DNA from: an uncultured Clostridia bacterium | GTDB lineage: Bacteria; Bacillota; Clostridia; TANB77; CAG-508 | Direction: 5' to 3' | Length of the DNA stretch: 64,000 nt | Assembly: GCA_963558405.1 (NCBI GenBank) | Contig: CAUWGC010000002.1 | Coordinates: 40,852 to 104,851, forward strand | Shown: piece after piece, positions 19,201-28,011 of the stretch | How positions within the stretch are numbered: the stretch's first letter is position 1 | Layout of the letters: every line of letters starts with the position of its first letter | The notes under the pieces: generated by a model | Told to the model about the DNA's origin: nothing | The model's input: only the letters and a program-made list of their open reading frames with translations | The model's database searches: none | Made by a program: the position numbers and the translations under genes

Positions 19201-19454
19201 CCTGGATGTTCTCTATTTACACAATAAGCAGGATATTCTTTTCCACCTTCACTATATGTAGTATAAGTGGTTGTAATATAATACCAAGCATTTTTTGCCT
19301 CATTCCAATATTGTAAATGGTATTCCACATCTCCTCTATTTTGAATATTTGCTGAACTAATCTCTGTTGCAAATACACTAGGGTTTATTGTAGAAAATAA
19401 TGTTAATACTAACATTAGCATTGCTAAAATTCTTTTACTTTTTACTTTTATCAT
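16287..19454 (-). CDS. cell-surface adhesin with repeated Cna B-type (prealbumin-fold) domains and C-terminal LPRTG
   Basis: It has a signal peptide. Four near-identical ~90-aa repeats follow (KKGQIKVIKVDKDNNEVKLKGVEFKVYDEDKNLVDTLITDENGEATSKRL...), matching the Cna-B pattern. The ORF ends ...KLPRTGC directly at the stop. The N-terminal region has YCVNREHPG and QATKQAVY, which could be a thioester-domain Cys/Gln pair. Confidence 0.7.
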   Translation of the reverse strand: MIKVKSKRILAMLMLVLTLFSTINPSVFATEISSANIQNRGDVEYHLQYWNEAKNAWYYITTTYTTYSEGGKEYPAYCVNREHPGVGELDGYTVDVNASVTDVLGDVRIWRTIINGFPYKSASELGVANDLEAFQATKQAVYCILYNFDPVTRFRGANQGADARGDAIKNAIVNMVNIGRNGSQMPSDPNITLSNSGNLYEDGNYYTQKINVSSTVEMTNYTITATANLPQGTIITNSNGIQTNSFNGNESMYVKIPKSQMVQDISNAIINVQGKCKTYPVFYGKTRTEGTQNYALTYDPFGDGVGRATLNIKTNTGKLQINKTDSETSKPIAGVTFQLTKADGTVVANATTNLNGIATFSGLYQGNYKLKEISTNDNYVINKATFDVNVEYNKSTNQNITNDHKKGNLKIYKVDKDNHKIALGNVQFDLYSEEFQRVIGTYTTDVNGEISIKNLRTGSYKLIEKNTGKWYNLAEDTTVEVKWNTTEENTIENELKKGQVKVIKIDLDNKEVKLQGVKFDVLDENGKVLETITTDENGEAYTSRYAIRDYSKLTIREKETLQNYVLNETTQTVVLEAEQIKTVTFTNELKKGQIKVIKVDQDNNEVKLKGVEFKVYDEDKNLVDTLITDENGEATSKRLRIDKKYTVQESKTLENYVLNEIPQIVTLTQNQITDLTFKNELKKGQIKVIKVDKDNNEVKLKGVEFKVYDEDKNLVDTLITDENGEATSKRLRIDKKYTVQESKTLENYVLNEIPQTVTLTQDQITNLTFENELIKGYIRVIKVSKEDNKYNGDVKGSRLENAKFEVYDENNNLVDTLLTDKNGEATTKELLKGKYTLKEVESPDYYILTDEIFEAEIIKHQEIVDAKVEDDNVDIDIEVTKKGFIETQNKDNIYYDFSNIHNKSNIALDNFTWSDSLPTNALRANKIYTGTWNEDLTYSVWYKTNLSDDYIMLKDGLSTLVNNEVKFTDATLKEGEFITDFQFRFGTVKSDFKEVEKPRLYCDMLDNLPNGFIFVNHTKASGNYKDIYVEDKDDWKTITYLKEIETTQKLPRTGC

Positions 19455-19461
19455 TTTATCA

Positions 19462-19497
19462 ATTCCTTTCCATAAAAAAAGACACTTGAAAAAGTGC
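19462..19497 (-). terminator. intrinsic terminator-like hairpin after the 19509 ORF
   Basis: The hairpin GGCACTTTTTCAAGTGTC is followed by a T-run on the minus strand. Confidence 0.4.
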
Positions 19498-19508
19498 CTA
19501 ATTAAATA

Positions 19509-19700
19509 TTATTCATTATCTTTGTATTCTGAAAATTCAACTCCTTTGAAGTCATTTTCATCTAATACATATTCTTCTTTTTTATATTTTTCTTTTGTTA
19601 TTTCAATTGCTTGTTCAATATTCTCAGCTTCAATTTCAACGACTCTTTGTAGCAATTCCTCAATTTCAATTTTGTAAATTCTTTTCATACTCACTTCCAT
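19509..19700 (-). CDS. hypothetical small acidic protein
   Basis: A 63-aa ORF tightly packed between the neighbouring genes. Confidence 0.3.
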   Translation of the reverse strand: MEVSMKRIYKIEIEELLQRVVEIEAENIEQAIEITKEKYKKEEYVLDENDFKGVEFSEYKDNE

Positions 19701-20399
19701 CTATATTAAATAACATTCTGTTGTTATATATTGTCCATTATTATAATAATCTCTTGCATATATTCTGATTGTTCCAAATTTATATTTAATTTTATCAATT
19801 ACCCTTTGTTCAGTATATGTAAATTGAGAAGTTAATTCAACAATAGAACTATCTACAACAATGTTATATCCATATAATTTCATATCTTCACTTTGATTAT
19901 TATTTATAATATTTTTAATAGAGTTAATCATAGCATCATTAGTTTTATATTCCTCTCCTTTAATTACAAGCTCTTCTTTTACAACTTCTTGCTTAGTTGT
20001 TTCAGGTTGTATTTGTATGGATTCTTCTTTTGTTTGTTGTGGTGTATTGTTATTATTTTTATTTTCTGTACTTTCCTGTTTTACTTCTGCAATAGGTTGT
20101 TCTTGAACAGTTGTAACTTGTGGAGTAGAAATCTTATTTTGTTTTACTTCAGTTATATTACTTTTGGCTGGAGTCTTTTCGATATTTTTTTCTTGTGTTT
20201 GTTCAATTTTTTCATATACAATCATACTTTCATCTGAAGTATATATTTGACTTGTACTTTCCACATTTTCAACTATATTTTGTAGATTATTATTATCAAT
20301 AATTTCATTTTTAGGATTTGTACTTTTATAGGTCATATAATTGGATAATATAGAAGTTCCAAATACAATAAATAAGATTAAAAAAACATATTTTTTCAT
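19701..20399 (-). CDS. membrane-anchored secreted protein (T/Q/E-rich linker)
   Basis: It has an N-terminal TM/signal anchor (FLILFIVFGTSILS) and a low-complexity QTE-rich middle region. Confidence 0.4.
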   Translation of the reverse strand: MKKYVFLILFIVFGTSILSNYMTYKSTNPKNEIIDNNNLQNIVENVESTSQIYTSDESMIVYEKIEQTQEKNIEKTPAKSNITEVKQNKISTPQVTTVQEQPIAEVKQESTENKNNNNTPQQTKEESIQIQPETTKQEVVKEELVIKGEEYKTNDAMINSIKNIINNNQSEDMKLYGYNIVVDSSIVELTSQFTYTEQRVIDKIKYKFGTIRIYARDYYNNGQYITTECYLI

Positions 20400-20421
20400 A
20401 ACAGATCATCTCCTTAATATC

Positions 20422-20461
20422 ATTATAAAACGATTTAAAAGACAATCCAAAACCCTTTTTA
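20422..20461 (-). promoter_or_regulatory. conserved ICE promoter motif copy 2
   Basis: On the minus strand: AAAAAGGGTTTTGGATTGTCTTTT, then N12, then TATAAT, about 22 bp upstream of the start at 20399. Confidence 0.5.
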
Positions 20462-20467
20462 ATATTT

Positions 20468-21112
20468 TTATTGTCCGTAGTCCATACCTTCAGAAGATTC
20501 TATTGCTTGAACACAAAGTCTTTTTTCTTTTTGCCCTGCAACACAAGTAATAAGTGTAATTCTATTATCTTCGGTTTTCTGTAAATATGACCAATCTTCT
20601 TCATCAATTATCTTTTTTACAGTTACTACATATCTTTTAGTACCATAGTTTGTTTGATAATATATTTCACTACCAATTTTTATTTTCTTTAAATTCTTAA
20701 AAAAGTCGCCTTTATTTCCTGAATTATGAGAGGCTAAACCAACATTTCCCTCATAAATAGAAGTAGAAGGAAAATGACCTATTGTTTCAGATAGTGTAGA
20801 TAATTCAACACTTTCTCTGATAGGTACATTATCAAGTAAAATATCAGGAATTGTAAGTGTTCCTATTTCATCATCATAATGAATAATAATCTGCTCAATA
20901 TCCTCAATAGGTGTATCATCTAAATCTATATTATCGCCAACAACTATATTTTCAGCATCTTTATTTGCTTTATATACAGGATATTTAATTACAAAAAAAA
21001 TAACTCCAACAAGAGTTATAATAGCAACTAAAATTATCGCAATTAAAAATTTATTTTCTTTTTCCACTTTTTGCCTCCTAAATTCTAGTTTCAAATATAT
21101 ATTTTTCATCAT
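20468..21112 (-). CDS. srt: sortase (class B-like transpeptidase)
   Basis: It has an N-terminal TM segment, a His motif GLASHNSGNKGDFFKNL, the catalytic-Cys motif RITLITCVAG, and a downstream Arg (KEKRL). Confidence 0.75.
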   Translation of the reverse strand: MMKNIYLKLEFRRQKVEKENKFLIAIILVAIITLVGVIFFVIKYPVYKANKDAENIVVGDNIDLDDTPIEDIEQIIIHYDDEIGTLTIPDILLDNVPIRESVELSTLSETIGHFPSTSIYEGNVGLASHNSGNKGDFFKNLKKIKIGSEIYYQTNYGTKRYVVTVKKIIDEEDWSYLQKTEDNRITLITCVAGQKEKRLCVQAIESSEGMDYGQ

Positions 21113-22163
21113 TAGTATTGACTAACATTTTAATATTTGTATTACCTTTTTTAACAGTTATCATTTTTCCTTGCATTTTATCTGTTAATTTTTTAGAAAA
21201 TTCTAATTTGTATTTATTAGTTGTTTCAAATAATGAATATTTAGTTAAATTGATTATATTATTTCTATTCATTAGTGTTTTACCAACTTTTACATATTCG
21301 CCATCTTTATAGTTATATACTGTTACATTTCTAGTAAAGAAAAATAGAATTACTAATATAATTCCAGTAGTACCTCCTGCAATAGGTAGTAAATTATCCT
21401 CTTTTTCTTCAATAGTTTCAGGTATAGGATCAGACTTTTCTTCTTCAACTTTATTATATTTAACTGTATAAATATATGGACTTTCTACTGTTTTTGTTGC
21501 TGTCCCTGAATATTCAGCAGTTACACTATAGGTATTAGGATAATCAATTCTTTGTTTACCTGCATAGTAACATTTTGCTGTATATAAATTTGCAACTTCA
21601 TATTCGCCAATCATTTTAGTAGTTTCAACTTCCCATTCAACATTTAATAGATTTAAAGTTAATCCATTTTTAACTGTTTGCTTAGGTATAAAATCTAAGT
21701 CATTTCTTTCTAGGTTAGTGTAATTTATTGTTTCTTCTATTAAATCTTCTCTAAAGCCATTGTAGTTCGTTTTAATTTGTATATTTTGAGTGTTTAATAG
21801 ATATTCTCCAATATATCCATCTTTTTCATAACTAATAGTTGTCCCTAATTGATTTATTATACTTTCTAAGTTATTTGTTTTACTTGTTATTTTTTTAGTT
21901 GTAGTTATATCAATAGTATCTGTCATAGATCCTCCTTCAGAAGTATAACTATCAAAAGTATATTTATCTCCAAAAACTTCAATATCTTTTTCTAAATTTT
22001 CTATAAAAGTATTTTGTTCATCTTTTTGTACTAAATATGTTATATAACAATTTAATTTATTATCAGTAACATTTGTGTTATCTAGCGTTACTGCAAAACA
22101 ATTTGTAGCAGTAAGTAAAGTGCAAAAACTACATACTGCAAATATTCTTTTTATTAACTTCAT
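21078..22163 (-). CDS. secreted / membrane protein (possible second sortase-associated surface protein)
   Basis: It has a signal peptide and an internal TM segment (TTGIILVILFFFTRN). It lies just upstream of the sortase gene. Confidence 0.4.
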   Translation of the reverse strand: MKLIKRIFAVCSFCTLLTATNCFAVTLDNTNVTDNKLNCYITYLVQKDEQNTFIENLEKDIEVFGDKYTFDSYTSEGGSMTDTIDITTTKKITSKTNNLESIINQLGTTISYEKDGYIGEYLLNTQNIQIKTNYNGFREDLIEETINYTNLERNDLDFIPKQTVKNGLTLNLLNVEWEVETTKMIGEYEVANLYTAKCYYAGKQRIDYPNTYSVTAEYSGTATKTVESPYIYTVKYNKVEEEKSDPIPETIEEKEDNLLPIAGGTTGIILVILFFFTRNVTVYNYKDGEYVKVGKTLMNRNNIINLTKYSLFETTNKYKLEFSKKLTDKMQGKMITVKKGNTNIKMLVNTNDEKYIFETRI

Positions 22164-22174
22164 TTTTTTACCTC

Positions 22175-22402
22175 CTAAAATATATTTATTATTCCAAATT
22201 TATTAGCAAGATAAGTAGCTCCAATGGAGCATAAAATTATAATGCCTAAATAGAATAAAATATTAAATATTCTTGATAAAATATTAAATAAAAAAAGTAG
22301 TGCCTTTAGAACTGAATTCTGTTCATTGACAACTACTTGTTCTTCGTATTTTTCTTTGATTTTTTGTTTTTTTAAATATTCTTTATATAAATTTTTCCTC
22401 AT
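22175..22402 (-). CDS. small membrane protein
   Basis: A 75-aa ORF with a hydrophobic C-terminal half. Confidence 0.3.
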   Translation of the reverse strand: MRKNLYKEYLKKQKIKEKYEEQVVVNEQNSVLKALLFLFNILSRIFNILFYLGIIILCSIGATYLANKFGIINIF

Positions 22403-23508
22403 TATTTACCTCTTTTCAGAAAACTGAACAAACCTTTATTTTCAACTACTTCAAGTTTATTAGATTTTTCAGAAATGTAATCCTTAAATATTTCGTGATA
22501 TATTCCTGTATTTATACTGCTATTAAAAGTATCTGTTGTAAATTCAGAAAAATATATATGTTTTATATATGATTTTAAAATCTTTCTAAATTTTGCTTTT
22601 TCCTCATTACTAGAAAAATTAAATATATAATTTACTTCAGGTATTTTTTCTAACAAACTTAAAACTCTAAATGTTTCATCTGTTTCCCAAGCCTTAGTAC
22701 CACCAACTATAATTTTTACTTCTTTTGATAAAAAATTATCTAAAATATTTTCATTTAGAATTCCATAATCATATATGTAAAAATCATAGCCATATTGCAT
22801 AGCATCAATTTTATTGTCATTACTATAAAGATCAATACCTTTATAAGAATATAAACCATCTTTTTTTACCACACCATCTAAGGTTTCTATATTTTTAATT
22901 TCATCTTTATCTGTTGCACAAATATAACAAGCATTCATATTAAGACTTTTTAGAAACATTGTTATTAAAATTGCTTGTGTAGTAACTCCTATATGTTTTT
23001 CAGTTCCTGCAACAGCGATATTTACAAATTGTTTTAATGTTTTATATTCTTTCTTTATAATTATTTTGTTTTTCTTTCCACCTTCGATTTTCTGCCTAAA
23101 TCTGACAGCATCTTTATACTGGCACCCTTCATCACTTAAACATTTCTTAAATTGTTCTTTTTGTTCATAATAGGTATTGCTATTTACAAAATTATAAATA
23201 CCTTCATTGAATAGTTTAGCCAATAGATTATTTCCTTCTTGAAATCCTAAAGCAACTATAATAATTCTGATATTATACATACTTTTAATTGCTACAACTG
23301 ATTGCACAATTTCATCTTCTGATTCCTTAGTCGAGGCTATATCAATAATAATCTGCTTGTAATTATTTAAGTTTCTAAGTTCTTGTACTGCAAATCTTTT
23401 AAGACTATCAACACCAGTTAAAACTTGTGGGCTTTCAAATCCATTTTCTTTGCATACCTCATAAATTAACTTTTCATTTTCTCTAGTAATTGCTAAAATC
23501 AATTTCAT
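22402..23508 (-). CDS. hypothetical protein with degenerate ParA/MinD-like P-loop region
   Basis: NIAVAGTEKHIGVTTQAIL resembles a deviant Walker A (IAV..KGGVGKTT) with the GK lost. The N-terminus looks receiver-like. This is the CpaE/TadZ architecture. Confidence 0.3.
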   Translation of the reverse strand: MKLILAITRENEKLIYEVCKENGFESPQVLTGVDSLKRFAVQELRNLNNYKQIIIDIASTKESEDEIVQSVVAIKSMYNIRIIIVALGFQEGNNLLAKLFNEGIYNFVNSNTYYEQKEQFKKCLSDEGCQYKDAVRFRQKIEGGKKNKIIIKKEYKTLKQFVNIAVAGTEKHIGVTTQAILITMFLKSLNMNACYICATDKDEIKNIETLDGVVKKDGLYSYKGIDLYSNDNKIDAMQYGYDFYIYDYGILNENILDNFLSKEVKIIVGGTKAWETDETFRVLSLLEKIPEVNYIFNFSSNEEKAKFRKILKSYIKHIYFSEFTTDTFNSSINTGIYHEIFKDYISEKSNKLEVVENKGLFSFLKRGK

Positions 23509-23555
23509 CAGCTCCTTTCTTAAAATATAAAAAATAGACTGCCATTTCTGACAAT

Positions 23556-24854
23556 CTATAACTCTTGATTATTATTTGGAATTTCTTTTTTACTTTGTAT
23601 CTTTTCTTTTATTTTTCTTTTTTCATCTTTTGTTGGTATATAAAATTCCTTTTTTTTATTTCTATATAATGAATTTTTATACTCTTTCAATTCATTTTGA
23701 ATTACTAATAAATAATATAATGTATTCATAAGCATTATTGTATCAATTTTTTTATAACTATACGATTTACCGTGTGAAATTGGATTCCTTCTTGCCTTTT
23801 TATTTGTATTTATAGAAATTTTATTATTAAACTCAATTTGTTCATATAATAAATTTATATTACTATTTACCATCATAACTATAAAAGAAAAATCTGAATT
23901 ATCTCTTTTTAAGTCTAAATCGTTAATAATTGGCTCAAATAATTTTAACCTAGATGTGCATCCCTTATCAATTAAATAATATGACAAGGAATTGTCAATC
24001 ATTGTTGTTATACCTATACTTGCTAAAGCATAAGATTTACTTTTATATGAAGTAACAATTTGATTAAAAACTTTTCTTTGATTATTGTTAGATAACATAC
24101 CTCTTATATCGTTAATAAGTAATTCTACTTTTGTTTTATTAAAATATCTATTTATATATTGATCAAATTCTTTTTCTGTCTTTACATTTTGTAATATTTC
24201 GTGCAATTCTTCTGTTGTTATTTTATATGGCATAATCCAAAAGAATTCACTCAACTTATCATAATAGTTCATCCAACTTAGTAAACTATCAGGATTATTT
24301 CTTGCCTCCTCTAACGATAAAGATAAAGCCTTAAATGCAGGAGTAATATTTCTATTCATAGCCTCAGCTACTGTGCTAATCAACTGTCTTTGTGTTTCAG
24401 CTATTTGTGAAATAACATTAGATAAAGAGCTTGTAACTACATTCATGATTTTTTCATTACACAAAGATAATTGCTGTTTTGCTATTGTTCCAATCATTGT
24501 AGAAATTCTATCTATTCCCATAGAATTTTTTACTTGTGTCATCATATTTTGATAAGCTGGCATTAGTGATTGTATCTGATTTTTATACATATTTGAATTT
24601 ATTGTATTTATTATTTGTTCATTGCTAGAAAGTATTTTAGGCTTTGCAAGTTCTATCTTATTTGAAATATCCATCATTCTTATTGAATTTGTTGCTTGTT
24701 CTATTGCTTTGTTATACTGAGGACTAATTACTTGTAACTGTTTTTTATATTTTTCTAACACTTTTTCACTACTTTTTATTTTTGTTTTTGAATCTTCTTC
24801 TATTTCTTTCTTCTTTTTTTCTTCATCCATATTACCACCATCTGAAAAATCCAA
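23556..24854 (-). CDS. hypothetical protein (coiled-coil rich, 432 aa)
   Basis: It is a long ORF with no motif I recognise. Confidence 0.4.
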   Translation of the reverse strand: MDFSDGGNMDEEKKKKEIEEDSKTKIKSSEKVLEKYKKQLQVISPQYNKAIEQATNSIRMMDISNKIELAKPKILSSNEQIINTINSNMYKNQIQSLMPAYQNMMTQVKNSMGIDRISTMIGTIAKQQLSLCNEKIMNVVTSSLSNVISQIAETQRQLISTVAEAMNRNITPAFKALSLSLEEARNNPDSLLSWMNYYDKLSEFFWIMPYKITTEELHEILQNVKTEKEFDQYINRYFNKTKVELLINDIRGMLSNNNQRKVFNQIVTSYKSKSYALASIGITTMIDNSLSYYLIDKGCTSRLKLFEPIINDLDLKRDNSDFSFIVMMVNSNINLLYEQIEFNNKISINTNKKARRNPISHGKSYSYKKIDTIMLMNTLYYLLVIQNELKEYKNSLYRNKKKEFYIPTKDEKRKIKEKIQSKKEIPNNNQEL

Positions 24855-24899
24855 TTATTTTTTTAACATTATAGCAAAAAAGTGTGTATTTTTCAATAT

Positions 24900-25469
24900 T
24901 TACACTTCATTTCCCCACGAATCCCAACCATCTGCTGTCTGTCTTGCAAACAATTCAATTCTAGGTAAATCCCCTACAAGTTCAATTATTCTTTCTCTAA
25001 CAACCTCAGGTTTTTTACTATGTTCTTCAATATGAGTATCTACTATTTGAAATACTTTATTTGATTTTCTTTTTATAGTCCCTCTCGTACCTATTAAGCA
25101 GATTTCTGAATTTGCTCTAGTCCAATGTCCCATACCGAAAAACCAAGTATCACTTTTTTTATTTCTTTTGATCCAATTAAAACCACAAGTTTTATACTTA
25201 AATCCCCATTCTTTCATAACTCTTAAACCCTCTAAAAGACAAGGAAATGTTACCCATAAAAAAAGGATACAATCTTTATTTGAAATATTTTTGATTGTAT
25301 CTTTCATATTCACTATATCTTCAATATTCATTGTAGGATAATGCTTTTCAGCTGTTCCTGTGCCATCTCTCCAAGTTTTGTATTTCCAAGGAGGATCAGC
25401 ATAAATTATATTGTATTTTTTATCAGTATTATATATATCTGTTACCAATTCATACCTCCTTATTTCCAT
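24900..25469 (-). CDS. MT-A70 family N6-adenine DNA methyltransferase (orphan)
   Basis: The catalytic motif NIIYADPPWKY is present. The ORF is 189 aa. Confidence 0.75.
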   Translation of the reverse strand: MEIRRYELVTDIYNTDKKYNIIYADPPWKYKTWRDGTGTAEKHYPTMNIEDIVNMKDTIKNISNKDCILFLWVTFPCLLEGLRVMKEWGFKYKTCGFNWIKRNKKSDTWFFGMGHWTRANSEICLIGTRGTIKRKSNKVFQIVDTHIEEHSKKPEVVRERIIELVGDLPRIELFARQTADGWDSWGNEV

Positions 25470-26178
25470 ATAAATATTCTCTAGGATTTATATAATCCAC
25501 ATTTTTCGACATTCTTATTTCAAAGTGTAAATGCGATCCTGTACTATATCCTGGATTTGGATCACGATTAGGATCTCCTCCCTGAATACCAATTACTGTA
25601 CCTTGCTGAATTTCTTGACCTTCAATAGCATCGATTCTAGCTAAGTGAGCATATAAAGTATAATAAGTTATTCCATTTTCGGTTATATGTTGTATTTCTA
25701 CACAATTTCCATAGCCTGTTTTGACACCTGCAAATACAACAGTCCCTTTTTCAACAGTTGTAATATTTGAGTGCCAAGCTCCTGCTAAATCTATTCCTGT
25801 ATGAAAACTTTGCTTTCCAGTTACAGGATGAATTCTTACTCCAAATTCACTTGTAACAGTTGCATTTTGAACAGGCATAGGGAATGTTCCGTTATATTCT
25901 AACTCTCCAATAGTTACAGTAGGAGCATAGGTATCGTGCATTTCAACTAATGAATAGTACGAACTGTCTGAAGTCTGCCCATCATCTCCAAAGCCAAAGA
26001 AACTTTTAATTTTATCAATAGTGGATGTTATTGCAAAAACAGGAATTAAAATTATTAAAGTTATAACAACAATAGTAATAATAATTCCTATAATTAGTCT
26101 TTGTCTTTTTTCTTCATCTGTTATTTGACTAATAACAGCTTGTGCGATAATCTTTGCTGTATGTGGATCTACTGCCAT
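25450..26178 (-). CDS. M23 (LytM) peptidase-family cell-wall hydrolase of conjugation apparatus
   Basis: It has an N-terminal TM segment and the motifs FHTGIDLAG (HxxxD) and GSHLHFEI (HxH). Confidence 0.75.
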   Translation of the reverse strand: MAVDPHTAKIIAQAVISQITDEEKRQRLIIGIIITIVVITLIILIPVFAITSTIDKIKSFFGFGDDGQTSDSSYYSLVEMHDTYAPTVTIGELEYNGTFPMPVQNATVTSEFGVRIHPVTGKQSFHTGIDLAGAWHSNITTVEKGTVVFAGVKTGYGNCVEIQHITENGITYYTLYAHLARIDAIEGQEIQQGTVIGIQGGDPNRDPNPGYSTGSHLHFEIRMSKNVDYINPREYLYGNKEV

Positions 26179-28010
26179 TAACGACCACCACCTTTACCAA
26201 AATACTCAAACTCAATAGGGAATATATCAAACCTTACGAATATTCTGTTTGAGCCAATGATAAATAGTGCTAAACCTCTTTTCTTTTTATATAAGAATTC
26301 TGCTTGTGCCTCACTTAATTTAAAAAGTTCAGTAGATTCTTCTAAGTTCTGTCCATCAGTACCCATAAGAATTTTATATGTTGCCATATCAAGTATTGCT
26401 TGTCCATACATCTTTACTGAGCCATCTAAAAAATCAACAATAGAATGAGAAATAATAACTAGGCTACCTTCATATTTTCTACATCTCTTAGCAACATTTC
26501 TTAAAAATATCAATGTTTGTGGAACTTCAGGATCTATAAGCAAATAAGCCTCATCGCATACAAGCATTGTTTTTTCAGTTTTATCTTTGCTCATTATTTC
26601 CCAACAGTAAGTTAATATATTGAAATACTGAGCTTTTTTAATTCTATCTGAAGCATTTTGAAGATTAAAAGTATCAAAACATACAACTTTTGCTATATCA
26701 TTTACTGAAGTATAACCATTAAATAGTCCTTTTTCAGCTCCTATACTAATTCCTCTTAATAAACTTTTTAATGTGGCAAATACTTTTTGTTTATCTTTTT
26801 CTTTTTCAGTATTTGCTTTTTCTTCAAGTAAATTATATAAATCTGTCATAATAGGAAATTTATTATTAGGAATACCTGTTATATCTGTATCCCAAGTTAT
26901 ACCAAATTTTTGATATAATTCTTCTAAAACTTCTTCTAAATATGCTACTTGTATTGAATTAAGTTCAGGATATAAAAGTTTAAAGAAAGTCCTTAAAGTT
27001 TGAAAATGTAAAGCCATAGCTCCCATTCCTTTTCCTTCATCTTTATAACCAATTTCTTCTTCATTTTCATCATCAAGTGGAACTGCTTTTATTTGTAAAG
27101 GGTTTATAATTCCACCTTTGCCACTTCCTATGTCAATCCATTTCTCGCCTAATTTTTCTGTCATTTGCTTATATTCTCTTTCAGGATCTATCAAAATTAT
27201 TTTAGTATCTGTCATATATTCATTTAAAATCAAATGCTTAGCAACAGTAGATTTTCCAACTCCTGCTGTTCCCATAATTACAAAGTTTGAGTTTGTTCTA
27301 TCTCCTCCCCTTTTCCAAGGATCAAGTATTACAATTCCACCTTTTGTATCTCGTGCAAAATAATATTTGTTTCCATCATTAAATCCTGAACTAGAAAATG
27401 GAAGTCCACCTATCCAAGAACTTTCTAGCATATTTCTATCAGCAATTTCTTTAATTACTGGATCTGTAATAGCAAAAGGCGACATTAACTTAAATGAGTT
27501 TCTACTCAAATTAGTTAATAATCGCCCTTTCATTTGCATAGTTGCTAGTTTAGTTAAAACAGCTTTTGATCTTTGTTTTAATTCTTCCATATCTTCAGCA
27601 ATAACCATTATTGCAATAGTAACATATACAACAGTTTCTCCGTTTAGGTCTATCTTTTCAATAAGTTCTCTAGCATCGTTTATTTCTCTTTCTGTTCTTT
27701 GCCTTAATATTTCATCTTTAATACTATCGTACTGAATTTCATTCTGCCTAATACCTTTACTTATATTCTGCATTAGGGTATCTTTTTCAGTAGGAGATAT
27801 GTTTAATGAACATACCGTATTAGGAATATTTGCAATACTTTCTAGCCATCCTACTCTTACTTTTTGAGGATATTTTGTTATTGCATATACCCTACCTAAA
27901 TAATCTCCAACTCTAAAATAATTCTTTTTATATTCAATACCTCCAATAGGACTAAGAATATTAAGCAAAGTATGATTCTCAATTATTCTTTCTATTTCTT
28001 TTTTCTTCAA
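26178..28010 (-). CDS. VirB4/TrsE-type conjugative ATPase
   Basis: It is 610 aa with Walker A FVIMGTAGVGKST and Walker B MLVCDEAYLLID. Confidence 0.85.
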   Translation of the reverse strand: MKKKEIERIIENHTLLNILSPIGGIEYKKNYFRVGDYLGRVYAITKYPQKVRVGWLESIANIPNTVCSLNISPTEKDTLMQNISKGIRQNEIQYDSIKDEILRQRTEREINDARELIEKIDLNGETVVYVTIAIMVIAEDMEELKQRSKAVLTKLATMQMKGRLLTNLSRNSFKLMSPFAITDPVIKEIADRNMLESSWIGGLPFSSSGFNDGNKYYFARDTKGGIVILDPWKRGGDRTNSNFVIMGTAGVGKSTVAKHLILNEYMTDTKIILIDPEREYKQMTEKLGEKWIDIGSGKGGIINPLQIKAVPLDDENEEEIGYKDEGKGMGAMALHFQTLRTFFKLLYPELNSIQVAYLEEVLEELYQKFGITWDTDITGIPNNKFPIMTDLYNLLEEKANTEKEKDKQKVFATLKSLLRGISIGAEKGLFNGYTSVNDIAKVVCFDTFNLQNASDRIKKAQYFNILTYCWEIMSKDKTEKTMLVCDEAYLLIDPEVPQTLIFLRNVAKRCRKYEGSLVIISHSIVDFLDGSVKMYGQAILDMATYKILMGTDGQNLEESTELFKLSEAQAEFLYKKKRGLALFIIGSNRIFVRFDIFPIEFEYFGKGGGR

Positions 28011-28011
28011 T

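Noticed and set aside
21078-22163. LLPIAGGTTG in ORF 21078-22163 considered as a sortase sorting signal.
   Set aside because: The motif and its hydrophobic stretch are internal. About 90 residues follow them. It is therefore a TM segment rather than a C-terminal sorting signal.
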